Assembly (NCBI GenBank): GCA_964430885.1
Contig: CAYSHM010000017.1
Span: 45,288-64,130 of the forward strand
Direction: 5' to 3'
DNA: 18,843 nucleotides
From: an uncultured archaeon
GTDB lineage: Archaea > Thermoplasmatota > Penumbrarchaeia > JASLWR01
A program made the position numbers and the translations under genes. This document shows, piece by piece, positions 1 to 9,419 of this stretch (position 1 is its first letter; the number at the start of each line of letters is the position of its first letter). The notes below the pieces were generated by a model that saw only the letters and a list, made by a program, of their open reading frames with translations, had not been told where the DNA came from and searched no databases.

Positions 1-2517
1 GCTAAAGGGTTATTAGACCTAACTAGCAATCTGGAGGTGATATCCGAACAATTCAGCGAGACCGATACCCAGAATCTTAAGGAGGAAATATCACAGGCCA
101 TTAACCGAGCCTTTGAAATCGGCGTCGATGTAAAACCGTTCAGCGATATAATAATCCAAGCGGATGAAATGAAAAGAAATAGAAACCTATCAGGTGCAAA
201 GGAACTTCTCAACAAAACACTGGTGGACATCGAGGGGGCGGTCAATGATAAAAGGATAGGTCTAATCGGATTCGAGATGGTCAAATTCGACAGCAGCTTG
301 AAAAAAGCAACTGCAGCGGGTATCGAAATCGGGGACCTTAAAAAGGTCAAGGAATTAATTAAGGAACTCAATGCACAGAGCAAATACGAGGAGATGCTCA
401 GCACCATAACCGAAAATAGAAAGCTCCTGAAGGAAATGATATCAAATTGGATATCTGAAAAACATACGTGGGCCTCTGAATCATATTCGCAATTCACAGA
501 TCAGATGGGGGATGGGGAAGTACCTGAGTTGAAATTGCTTTATGATAACATTTCCAAGGCGTTCAACGAGAAGAACCTGGTTTCAATGAAGGACAACATA
601 GGCAGCTTTGAATTGATCCTTGAACAATCAAGGAGAAAACATAGAATACTCGATCTCAGAAATAGATATGAAAATATGAAAAAGAAGGTCGGATCCCTTG
701 AAGATATCCCATTGGATGTACAGCTTTTCAAGGGTCAGATGGAAGCTCTCAAGCCCTTGTTTGACGGAGGGGAACTGGATACTATTGAAAAGGAATTGTA
801 TCGGCTGGATAAGGAAATTGGAGCCTATATATACAAGGAGATCAAACCTATAATATCGGCTACAGTAACCGAGATCGAAAATCTGCAGAAAAGACTGGCA
901 GGTAAAGATATTGATGATAGTCAAACCCAAGAGCTTCTCAGAAAAGGCCTCGAGTATCTCAGCTCTGGAGATCTTTTAGAAGCACTGCTGAACATATCCA
1001 AAACAAGGGATTTCTATCTGGAGAGAACAAGTGAACTCAAGAGGTCTAAACTTATCGAGAGCGTCGAGATAATAGAGGATATGATCGAATTCGGAAAGGA
1101 GCTAGGTCTAGAGGTATCTTCCATGGTGGCAATGCTTGATAGAGGAATGAAATTGATGGAGGAAGGCAATAATGAAAATGCACAGAACCTGTTCAATGAG
1201 ACCATCAAGTTCCTGTCCCCAAAGGTGGATTCAAAACGTCAGGAAACATTCAACCGTGAGACATCCAATTACGAAAAACTAATTGCTGAAGCTGATTCCA
1301 AGAAAATGGATACTTCATCCGAGAAAAATATACTTCAGGAATTATTGGGCAATTACCGATCTGATAGATATTCGGATATCATGTCAGATCTGAAAGCTGC
1401 AATGGAATTGGTATCCCTGAAACTGGAAACATGGACCGAGTTGGAAAAGGGAAAATATCTGCTCAATGAATCAAAGGAAGTTCTGGACGTATCGGAAGAA
1501 GAACCCGTTCTCAATACTGCTTATGATAAATTCAAAGAAGGGGAATATAGTGAAGCCAGATCCATAGCATCAGAAATGATCAAAGGACTGGAAAATAGAT
1601 GCGAATCGTCACAGAGAGGAGAAATAGGTCAGTTCATAGAAGGTATAGAGGAATATGTTAACAATTTGAAAAAGGAAGGATTGAACCCCTTATCCGTTGA
1701 GATCCATCTATACAAGGCAAAATATTCTTTTGAAAGAAAGAACTACGACGAAGCCTATGAGATCGCCAAGAAGGCAAAGACCGCCGGAGAGGAGCTAAAA
1801 CGTGAATTCTACACGGTGAATATAACAATGCTAGTATCGGATATCGGATACCTGATCAAGGAAGCAGAAAAATTGGATATAGATACAAAGGAAGCAAATC
1901 AATCCCTGGAAAACATCAAAGCCATGGTAAGGGAAGGGGTGATCGACAAGGCTTATACTCAGGCTGTCGAACTCAATACCCTTCTCAATGAAAAAATCAT
2001 CGAATTGAAGGATGCCCTCTTCCAATCTGAGAAATCCAAGCTGAATGTAATATTAGAGCAGGGAGTGCAGATCGGCGTTTCCTGGGATCTGGATGAAGAA
2101 TTGGAAAACATAAAACTGTTGACTGATCAGAATGAGTACGACAGTGCGACTGAGAAGGTCAGAAATCTAACTTCTCAGGGTGATGAAAAACTGAGGAAAT
2201 ATCAAAAAGAGTATCAAACCCTTAGAGTTCAGAAAATTAGAGAAGAACTAGAAGGATTGACACTAAAATATGACGAGAAGTATCCTAAGCTTTACGAACT
2301 CATTATTGAAGCTGAGGAAAAACTATCATCTGGAGAGTTGGAGCCAATAGATACTTATATAGAAACATTTAACAATAGAAAGTTACGTGTAGAAGTATCT
2401 CACATGGAGCAGGCCATTGAAGAACTCAAGAGTCTAGGATTGCAAGTTCCTAGCGATCTTTTAAACCAACTGAATAATCTTAAAATCGAAGGAGGATTCG
2501 CTAATGGCGAACAGTGA
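1..2517 (+). CDS. Giant alpha-helical repeat / coiled-coil protein, 5'-truncated by the window edge
   Basis: Frame +1 is open from base 1 (AKGLLDLTSNLEVISEQ...), so the GTG at 37 is probably internal. The protein is E/K/L/I-rich with recurring turn motifs (IGVDV, AGIEI, IPLDV, LGLEV, KKMDT, EGLNP, LDIDT) about 60-70 aa apart. No Walker motifs are visible. Confidence 0.85.
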   Translation, partial: AKGLLDLTSNLEVISEQFSETDTQNLKEEISQAINRAFEIGVDVKPFSDIIIQADEMKRNRNLSGAKELLNKTLVDIEGAVNDKRIGLIGFEMVKFDSSLKKATAAGIEIGDLKKVKELIKELNAQSKYEEMLSTITENRKLLKEMISNWISEKHTWASESYSQFTDQMGDGEVPELKLLYDNISKAFNEKNLVSMKDNIGSFELILEQSRRKHRILDLRNRYENMKKKVGSLEDIPLDVQLFKGQMEALKPLFDGGELDTIEKELYRLDKEIGAYIYKEIKPIISATVTEIENLQKRLAGKDIDDSQTQELLRKGLEYLSSGDLLEALLNISKTRDFYLERTSELKRSKLIESVEIIEDMIEFGKELGLEVSSMVAMLDRGMKLMEEGNNENAQNLFNETIKFLSPKVDSKRQETFNRETSNYEKLIAEADSKKMDTSSEKNILQELLGNYRSDRYSDIMSDLKAAMELVSLKLETWTELEKGKYLLNESKEVLDVSEEEPVLNTAYDKFKEGEYSEARSIASEMIKGLENRCESSQRGEIGQFIEGIEEYVNNLKKEGLNPLSVEIHLYKAKYSFERKNYDEAYEIAKKAKTAGEELKREFYTVNITMLVSDIGYLIKEAEKLDIDTKEANQSLENIKAMVREGVIDKAYTQAVELNTLLNEKIIELKDALFQSEKSKLNVILEQGVQIGVSWDLDEELENIKLLTDQNEYDSATEKVRNLTSQGDEKLRKYQKEYQTLRVQKIREELEGLTLKYDEKYPKLYELIIEAEEKLSSGELEPIDTYIETFNNRKLRVEVSHMEQAIEELKSLGLQVPSDLLNQLNNLKIEGGFANGEQ

Positions 2518-5500
2518 ATTGAATGAAGACCTTCCACCACCTGAGGATCTAGCAGAACCGGCAAGTGAAGAAGAACAAGCGTCCACCGAAAAGGTTGATG
2601 GCATTGCGGCGATCAAGTCCACTTTGGCAGAAATGTCCAAGGGCGAGCACATGAAGAAAATGGCTAAAGCCCTCATATCCGACACAAAACCTCTATTGCT
2701 GAGAGTTAAAGGATACGGTATGGATCTGGAAAAGGAAAAAATAATTTTCAAAGACGGCATTATAGCTATTAAAAAGAATGACTATCTTCGGGGAAGTCAG
2801 CTGATAGGACGTCTCAAGAAAAGGCTTCTGGACAAAGAGGAATCCTATTTGCTAAACGTAGCTGCAAGCAGTCTTGATGATGTGGAGTTCAAGATCGCCC
2901 AGGCCAAAGAGGTCTCCATCGATGTGGCAGACATCGATAATGAACTTAAATTCTATAAGGGACAAGTTAACAATAAGGATTTTGAAGATCTTGAGGATTT
3001 CATTGCAGATATCAATACGTTCAGAGAGAATTCAACCAAACAATTGGATGTTCTTATGGAGGGTGAACTTGAGAATATCATACCCAATGAACTTGAAAAG
3101 ATCAACAATTTGATGGAAGAAGCAAAAGGACTTGAACTGGAAGTCACTGACGAATCCTCAGTATTGCTCAATGTCAAGGAATTGATAAATCAGAGGAATC
3201 ACAAGGAAGCCTATGAGAAAATCGAGGATGTAAGGCATGGATTGATGTCCAAAATTCAGAACGAGACCGCAATGCATAAACGGGAAAGCATTGCACTGAA
3301 CCAGAACAGATTAAGGGAAATGATAGGCTTGGATCAGGAAGAGCTGGTCTACCTAGAAGATCTTATCAACAAAGCCAATTCAGCTCTTGATGAAAACAAT
3401 TTTGAAGAGGTACAGCTTGCTCTGGACGCATTTCAGACAAAATATGATGTTCTGAAAAAGGATCATCAGAAGATAGGTTTCACCGAAACAATCAATGAGA
3501 TCAAGGCAGATCTCGATAAACTTGCCCAAATCGGTATTTCACTGGAAAATGCTGATAAGACGCTTCAGGATATCGATGGACATCTGGAAGCAAATGAATT
3601 TCAGGATGCATCGGAAAAAGTGGACGGGCTGAAAATCATTATAAAAGAAGCTAAGAAGAAAAAGGCCCGCCGTTTGGCAAGTGAATTATTGGCCTCAACA
3701 AAGAAGCTTTACAAGAAAATGAGCCAGACGAATGTGGATATTGGCGATTCCAAGGAGATGTTCCAAAACGCTATTACCGCCATCAAGTCCCAGGATTTCA
3801 TCACCGGATGCTTACTTCTCCAACAGTGCAGTGATTCATTATCGGCTCTGGAGAAAGAATACCTTCAGGTAAGCATAATAGCCAGATACGACAAGGCTAT
3901 GGAATTCTATCCTGTATTTGCTGAAAAACCGTTCTTCTCCGACAGTTTCAAGACAAAGGTAAAGGAGACATTGGATAAGGTAGGTATGCATCTGGCTGAC
4001 AATGAACTGAAATTGGCAAATGAGGTCTGGCAGGAATACGAAGAAATGGAAGAGATCATCAACGAGAAAATTCAAGGTGAGGAAAGATCTGCAGAGCTGC
4101 TGGATATAATAACCACGGAGATCGAAAAAGCCCATGAGCTTTCGGCAGATCTGAGCGAGATACTGCCGACCATCGATGAAGGAAAGGAATACCTTGAGGA
4201 TCAAATATTCGAAGAATCCATAAAAAGATTTGAACTGGCCATTGAGATGCTCTCTCTCAAAATTGGGGAACAGAAAAAGATCAAGGCCAAGGTAATCATG
4301 GAAACGGTAATAACCCAATATTCAGGCGTAAAGGAAACCTACCCGGAACCTGAGTCTATGGAAGCTTCCCTGAATCAAATGGTAGCTCATATGGAGAATG
4401 GTGAATATGACCAATCCATTGAACTGGGCAAAGATCTGCTAAAACTCATTGAGATCCAGGAGATGAAGGACAAGGGGCTTCTAGTGGGATCACTGTTCGA
4501 GGAGATCCAAAAACTTGTTGATGACTGTGAAAAAATGGGAATGGATCTATTGAGGCCTCAGGCTCTGTTATACAAGGCTAAGGTCGCTCATGAGACCGAA
4601 CAATACCAAAGAGCCCTAGATCTGGCCCACAAAGCTCGGGATATGGCTTTAGAAGCAAAGAAATCTCATTTGAATGTCCGGGGTCAGGAACATCTCGATA
4701 ATCTTCAGGCGGCTATTGAGAAGGGCATGTCCCTTGAAATAGATGTTACTGACATACTCAATATAATGGAAGAAGCGAAAGCACTCATGGAACAGGAAAA
4801 ATATATCGAGACGGCCAATAAATGCAAGGTTGCCCTTTTGCCACTTGATGAACGGATCACCGAAAAACTTAAGGAATTAATTAAACTAGAGAGCAGAAAC
4901 CTGTCTGAAAATATGAAAAAGACAAGAGAACTTCAACTGGACATCTCTGAAGAGAAACAGATACTTGGTCCTTTGGCTGAATTGAAAAAGGAGCAAAAGT
5001 TCCAGGAAGTTCTTGATCTCTTGAAGAATGCAGGCGGAGCAATCCAAAACCGAATTATCCAGTATTACAAGGGAAAAGCTATCGAAAAGTTGGAAATGGA
5101 ACAGAACAGAATGATCAATCTCAAGGAGGAAGGCTGCAATATTGAGGAAGGCGAGGTCATATTGGCAAGGATAACTGAATTAATGGAAGGAGAGAAATTC
5201 ACTGATTCACTTCCTATTCTGGCAGATCTTTCCAAGGTAATAGATAAGCTTGTTCTTGATTTCGAGAGGACCAAGGTCAATGATCATATTCGGATTACTT
5301 CGAATTTCCTCAACGAGATCATAGAGGTAATGGGTGGTGAGGTCGACCTGTCCGAACCAACTGATAATCTGACCCTAGCCGCCGAGAAATTGGATGGGGA
5401 GGATTTCGACAGTGCAAGACGCCTTGTAAACAAAGCAAGATCCAGAGGGGACCGGGTATATTATCAGTATGTCATTGATTCTCTCTTGAAATCATACGAT

Positions 5501-7012
5501 TATCTGTCCGAGGTCAAGAAGATAGGCGGAGACATATCCGAAGCTGAAAGTGAATTTGCAAATGCAAAGCAGCTTCTTGAGAAGAAGGACTACAAGGAAG
5601 CTATAGCCAAAGCCACTATTGTAGAGGAATTAACCACCAAGGCAGAGAGAGAACTCATGGTCTCTGAGATCGAGAAGAACCAGAGAATAGTCACTTCTGT
5701 TTCGGAAAAACTTGAAAGCAAGGGTGTTGACATTCTGGAGCTTAGAGAGATCATCCAGAAATTGGTACTTGATGAATCCATGGAAAACATATCTGAAGTT
5801 TATCAGTTATCCATGGAAGCTAAGGCAATGGCAAGGAAATACAGAGACAATTTCAAGAGGATAACCGTTGAGAATGCCATCAATTCCGGTGAAGAGCTCA
5901 TAGAGAAGATGAAGGAGATGGAAATAGATAACAGCGAGATCCTAGAGGAGCTGAACAATTCAAGGTCACTTCTTGATGATAAAAAATATTCTGAATCCCT
6001 CAAGATAGTGAAGAAGAATAGGGAGATTCTTAACCAGCGTTATTCCGAAAAATACTATGAGATCCTAACAATCAAGATCCAGGACACAAAGGAACACCTG
6101 GAGAAGATAGGAAAGAAGACCAATCTTACCGAAGCACAGCAGATTCTGGCCGAAGCAGTAGAGACTCTGGAACAGCGGGATTTCGATAGATGCGAGGAAC
6201 TTATTGAGAAATCAAAGCGCAGAGGGGAGAAGCTAAGCCATACTTCATTACTTATGGAAGCTGCCAATATCCTTTCCAGCACTGGACGTATAATTGACAG
6301 TGCGGCAGACGAGAGCATATCTGTTATAGACCTCCGACCCAAATTGATAGATGCATCCGACGCTTTCGAGAACAAGGAATACTCATTGGTTATTGATATT
6401 TGTGATTCAATAGGAGAATCGATCGATAACCGAAGAACTGATCAATTGGCTTCTGAAGCAAGAGACGCTTTGGAAAAAGCAAAATCAATGATAGAGGATG
6501 CCCGAAATATCAAGGCGGATGTTAAGGATCCCATAAAAACCTACAAAGAAGCCATGGCGGCCTACAAGGAGAAGGATTTCAGGGTCAGCCTTGAGATGGC
6601 TCTTGATGTTCACAAAAACACCACACGTCAGAGAGATATCAGAAGTGTCGAGGCAGTAGTGGATTCCGTGAAGGACAAGATAGAGGATATCCGGTTGAAC
6701 GGCGTCGATGTGAAGGGGGCGGCAGAGCTTATTGCTAGGGCCGGGGACGCTTTGGATTCAAATGATCTTGTAAAGGCCAGGGAAATAACCAAGAACAGCA
6801 TGGAAGTCGCAATGGCAGCTTACCGACATCACCAGATGGATGAGAAGATCAAAAGGGCTAGGGAATACATCTCCTTTGCCATGGACAATGACATATTCAA
6901 GAAGAACTATTTCGAGGAACCTGTTGGTGCGGAAGAAGGGAAGTGCCCAAAATGTGGCAAGGAAGTACCGGAAAAGGCTATGTTCTGTCTGTGGTGCGGT
7001 AAGAGACTGTAG
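2504..7012 (+). CDS. 1502-aa helical-repeat protein with C-terminal zinc ribbon (CPKC...CLWC)
   Basis: Long ORF with SD GGAGG at 2491-2495, overlapping the upstream gene by 14 nt. It has an acidic/Pro N-terminal extension, ~66-aa repeats, and ends CPKCGKEVPEKAMFCLWCGKRL, a typical archaeal CxxC-x10-CxxC zinc ribbon. Confidence 0.9.
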   Translation: MANSELNEDLPPPEDLAEPASEEEQASTEKVDGIAAIKSTLAEMSKGEHMKKMAKALISDTKPLLLRVKGYGMDLEKEKIIFKDGIIAIKKNDYLRGSQLIGRLKKRLLDKEESYLLNVAASSLDDVEFKIAQAKEVSIDVADIDNELKFYKGQVNNKDFEDLEDFIADINTFRENSTKQLDVLMEGELENIIPNELEKINNLMEEAKGLELEVTDESSVLLNVKELINQRNHKEAYEKIEDVRHGLMSKIQNETAMHKRESIALNQNRLREMIGLDQEELVYLEDLINKANSALDENNFEEVQLALDAFQTKYDVLKKDHQKIGFTETINEIKADLDKLAQIGISLENADKTLQDIDGHLEANEFQDASEKVDGLKIIIKEAKKKKARRLASELLASTKKLYKKMSQTNVDIGDSKEMFQNAITAIKSQDFITGCLLLQQCSDSLSALEKEYLQVSIIARYDKAMEFYPVFAEKPFFSDSFKTKVKETLDKVGMHLADNELKLANEVWQEYEEMEEIINEKIQGEERSAELLDIITTEIEKAHELSADLSEILPTIDEGKEYLEDQIFEESIKRFELAIEMLSLKIGEQKKIKAKVIMETVITQYSGVKETYPEPESMEASLNQMVAHMENGEYDQSIELGKDLLKLIEIQEMKDKGLLVGSLFEEIQKLVDDCEKMGMDLLRPQALLYKAKVAHETEQYQRALDLAHKARDMALEAKKSHLNVRGQEHLDNLQAAIEKGMSLEIDVTDILNIMEEAKALMEQEKYIETANKCKVALLPLDERITEKLKELIKLESRNLSENMKKTRELQLDISEEKQILGPLAELKKEQKFQEVLDLLKNAGGAIQNRIIQYYKGKAIEKLEMEQNRMINLKEEGCNIEEGEVILARITELMEGEKFTDSLPILADLSKVIDKLVLDFERTKVNDHIRITSNFLNEIIEVMGGEVDLSEPTDNLTLAAEKLDGEDFDSARRLVNKARSRGDRVYYQYVIDSLLKSYDYLSEVKKIGGDISEAESEFANAKQLLEKKDYKEAIAKATIVEELTTKAERELMVSEIEKNQRIVTSVSEKLESKGVDILELREIIQKLVLDESMENISEVYQLSMEAKAMARKYRDNFKRITVENAINSGEELIEKMKEMEIDNSEILEELNNSRSLLDDKKYSESLKIVKKNREILNQRYSEKYYEILTIKIQDTKEHLEKIGKKTNLTEAQQILAEAVETLEQRDFDRCEELIEKSKRRGEKLSHTSLLMEAANILSSTGRIIDSAADESISVIDLRPKLIDASDAFENKEYSLVIDICDSIGESIDNRRTDQLASEARDALEKAKSMIEDARNIKADVKDPIKTYKEAMAAYKEKDFRVSLEMALDVHKNTTRQRDIRSVEAVVDSVKDKIEDIRLNGVDVKGAAELIARAGDALDSNDLVKAREITKNSMEVAMAAYRHHQMDEKIKRAREYISFAMDNDIFKKNYFEEPVGAEEGKCPKCGKEVPEKAMFCLWCGKRL

Positions 7013-7148
7013 ACCAACTCAACCTTTCACGGCTCAAAACCTAAGCATACAATTTGAATGTTCAGGGAAATCCGCCATTCACCTCCTTTGACTATCTGTA
7101 TATTAAGGGAGATTTTTTATTATCTTTTTATCCCGGAGGTTCGATTGA

Positions 7149-7859
7149 ATGTACTCGCTTTTAAAGGTTAAAAAACAGGCATCCGAAGGAAAGGATGAGA
7201 ACGGATCATTTTTCAGAGAACTAAACGAAAAGTCACAGGAAATGGGTCTGCTCTCTCAATGTATAAAAATAGGTCCCATCCTTGGAAAGAGACATCTGGA
7301 TACTGCAGCGATCAATTCCTTCAAGAACTTCCATTATGGCCGGAACCATTCCAAATTGATCAGCCTGGAGATACTGGTAATGCTTTCGGCTCAAAGACAG
7401 ATATCCGAGGCAATGAATATCTTCGGGATTGATGAGAAAGATGATGCATTTATTCTGATTGTCATGGACAAAAACTATATTCAAGAAATAACGAAGAATC
7501 CCTATGGAGATTCCGCCCCAATAGAAGACCGAAGCCAACTTAATGAAAGAGCTGCTTTAATCTGCAGTAAGATGAACCTGAGAATAATTGAATCATATGG
7601 GGATATTGCAGATGAAGAAGATGTCTGCTTGCAGGTATCGGAAAACCAGGAACAAATATCGAAACCAAATCTGCAAGATATTCATTTCTTCAATACAAAT
7701 GGAAAAAGTATGAGAAACCTTCTCAAGGCAGCGAATATCGATATTTCAAAATGGATGGTTATTGAAGATATCAATTCACAAATTGATCCGCACCGCAAAA
7801 AGATTTTGTCAATGATCGAAAAAATTGTATGTGAATCGATCTGCCTATTGAATGCCTGA
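7149..7859 (+). CDS. cgi121: KEOPS complex subunit Cgi121 (t6A tRNA modification)
   Basis: HLDTAAINSFKNFHYGRNHSKLISLEILVMLSAQRQISEAMNIFGI matches the Cgi121 signature (HL..A...A......N....L..EIL..LS..RQI..A...FGI). SD GGAGGT at 7135-7140. Confidence 0.85.
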   Translation: MYSLLKVKKQASEGKDENGSFFRELNEKSQEMGLLSQCIKIGPILGKRHLDTAAINSFKNFHYGRNHSKLISLEILVMLSAQRQISEAMNIFGIDEKDDAFILIVMDKNYIQEITKNPYGDSAPIEDRSQLNERAALICSKMNLRIIESYGDIADEEDVCLQVSENQEQISKPNLQDIHFFNTNGKSMRNLLKAANIDISKWMVIEDINSQIDPHRKKILSMIEKIVCESICLLNA

Positions 7860-7876
7860 TAAAGGTTACTCAAGGA

Positions 7877-9301
7877 CTAGAAGAAGTCATCATCCTCAAA
7901 ATCCGAATCCCAGCTAGCATCCCTGGAATTCCTGTTGCCGCCCCTTTTGGAATCATAATTATCCTCATATTCGTCATCATATCTATCGTCACGGTAGTAG
8001 TCATCTTCATAATCGTCCTCATCTTCATCCCAGGTGTCGCCGCTCTCCCAATCATCATCCAGGTAATGATCATCCCGCTTGTTCCGGTCCGAATATTCCC
8101 TATCCCGGTAATCATTCGAAGATGTGCGGTCTACAAAACCCCTTTCCTCATAGATAAAATCGTCAGATTCTTCTTGACGAAGATATTTTGTTTCCCGCCC
8201 TCTACCGCTCTGGGTCCGATCACTTTTCTTATCACTGATATAATCAGGTTCATCAAAGAAATAATCGTCATCAACTCCTTCATGAACATAGCCCCTTTTT
8301 TGGGAGAAATTCCTCTTTGAAGAAGCCCTTCCGCTTCCTGCTCCTGATGGAATCCTATGGGTTCTACTAGGTCTATCATCTGCTTGACGGCGGTATCCCG
8401 GATCGGTCCGGTCCCTTGAATATCCCCGAAACCGGTTGGAATCGGTATCCACCTCAGTGTCTTTTGATTTGGCGGATCGGCCGAAAAAACCCCTCTTTTT
8501 CCCCTTTTTTTCTTCCTTCTTCTTTAATTTTGCCTTGTTCTTATCGCTGTCCATACGATCAAGCCTGAATATCTTGATCCACATAATTGTCCAGGTCACA
8601 CCTGCAATAGCAATGGAGAACACAAGTGCGTAGGTATAGGACATATTGATACTGCTATTGGTCATGGTGGAATTTGCGATGTAGTTGAAGGCAGCATGAC
8701 AGACGATGGCTATCAAGAGGAATACCGGAAACAGCAATAAAGAACCTTTCTTATGTTTCTTTGCTATAGCTCTGGTTATCCCATAGCCTGCAATAGCGCC
8801 TAGGGAGCCTTGGAGCATCACCACGGAGACTACCCTTAGAAGTACTGTTCTGATGAACACTTCGATTCCGTAGCTAGAATAAAGAAAAATACCATGGAGC
8901 ATGGTCTCTGTTGCCGCAAATCCCAGACCTATCACGGCACCGTAGATCAATCCATCCTCAGCTTCAATAAGATCGGTGCGAACAAAGAAAAGACCAAGGA
9001 TTTTTATCAGCTCTGCTACTACAGGAGTTAATAGACAGTATACATACAATGTCATCAGATACTTGTCCGAAGCAATGGCCGGATAGCTTTCCTCCATGAA
9101 CACCAGAAATCTTCCCCGGGCAAGAATTACAAGAACCACTGCACCTGTGGCACCCCATAGAAAAGCAGTCCAAATCGACCCCCAGGGTTCCCTGTCATAT
9201 TTCTCCGTGAAACGCAGAAGGACCGTTAGTATTATGGATGGTACGAATGAAATTGCAAGAGTAAGAAGTATTACATCCGGCTGGGGTCCTGCATATAACA
9301 T
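7877..9301 (-). CDS. prsW: PrsW-family intramembrane glutamic/metalloprotease-like protein (degenerate active site) with ~230-aa charged cytoplasmic tail
   Basis: N-terminal EKYDREPW...FLWGA, DGLIYGAVIGLGFAATE and HAAFN motifs plus several hydrophobic helices. These are followed by Lys-rich and then Asp/Arg/Tyr-rich low-complexity sequence. Confidence 0.85.
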   Translation of the reverse strand: MLYAGPQPDVILLTLAISFVPSIILTVLLRFTEKYDREPWGSIWTAFLWGATGAVVLVILARGRFLVFMEESYPAIASDKYLMTLYVYCLLTPVVAELIKILGLFFVRTDLIEAEDGLIYGAVIGLGFAATETMLHGIFLYSSYGIEVFIRTVLLRVVSVVMLQGSLGAIAGYGITRAIAKKHKKGSLLLFPVFLLIAIVCHAAFNYIANSTMTNSSINMSYTYALVFSIAIAGVTWTIMWIKIFRLDRMDSDKNKAKLKKKEEKKGKKRGFFGRSAKSKDTEVDTDSNRFRGYSRDRTDPGYRRQADDRPSRTHRIPSGAGSGRASSKRNFSQKRGYVHEGVDDDYFFDEPDYISDKKSDRTQSGRGRETKYLRQEESDDFIYEERGFVDRTSSNDYRDREYSDRNKRDDHYLDDDWESGDTWDEDEDDYEDDYYRDDRYDDEYEDNYDSKRGGNRNSRDASWDSDFEDDDFF

Positions 9302-9336
9302 CTTTTACACGGTCCACTGTTTAAAAGTAAGAGCAC

Positions 9337-9353
9337 TTAAACCAAAGGTTTAA
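9337..9353. promoter_or_regulatory. Perfect inverted repeat TTAAACC-aaa-GGTTTAA, candidate operator in the divergent prsW/acd promoter region
   Basis: 7-bp arms with a 3-nt spacer, about 36 nt upstream of the prsW ATG. Confidence 0.4.
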
Positions 9354-9410
9354 AGATAAAAAGGACCCATTTTACTTAATGCTATTTATTTAATTTCATG
9401 AAGACATACC

Positions 9411-9419
9411 TTATAAATA
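9411..9419 (+). promoter_or_regulatory. Candidate TATA box for the acyl-CoA synthetase gene
   Basis: TTATAAATA about 120 nt upstream of the inferred coding start. Confidence 0.4.

Noticed and set aside
37-39. GTG as the start of ORF1
   Set aside because: The frame is open to base 1 and the GTG lies inside the GGAGGTGA motif itself, so the gene probably starts upstream of the window.
2490-2517. ORF1 and ORF2 as one frameshifted gene
   Set aside because: ORF2 has its own GGAGG and ATG and starts with a disordered N-terminal segment, consistent with ordinary translational coupling.
1-7012. SMC/Rad50 annotation for the giant proteins
   Set aside because: No Walker A/B, signature motif, hinge or central zinc hook is visible. 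The pattern is short repeated hairpins.
7877-7879. Pyrrolysine or alternative-code readthrough of TAG/TGA stops
   Set aside because: TAG, TGA and TAA all end genes at plausible family C-termini here, and readthrough would give only short extensions.
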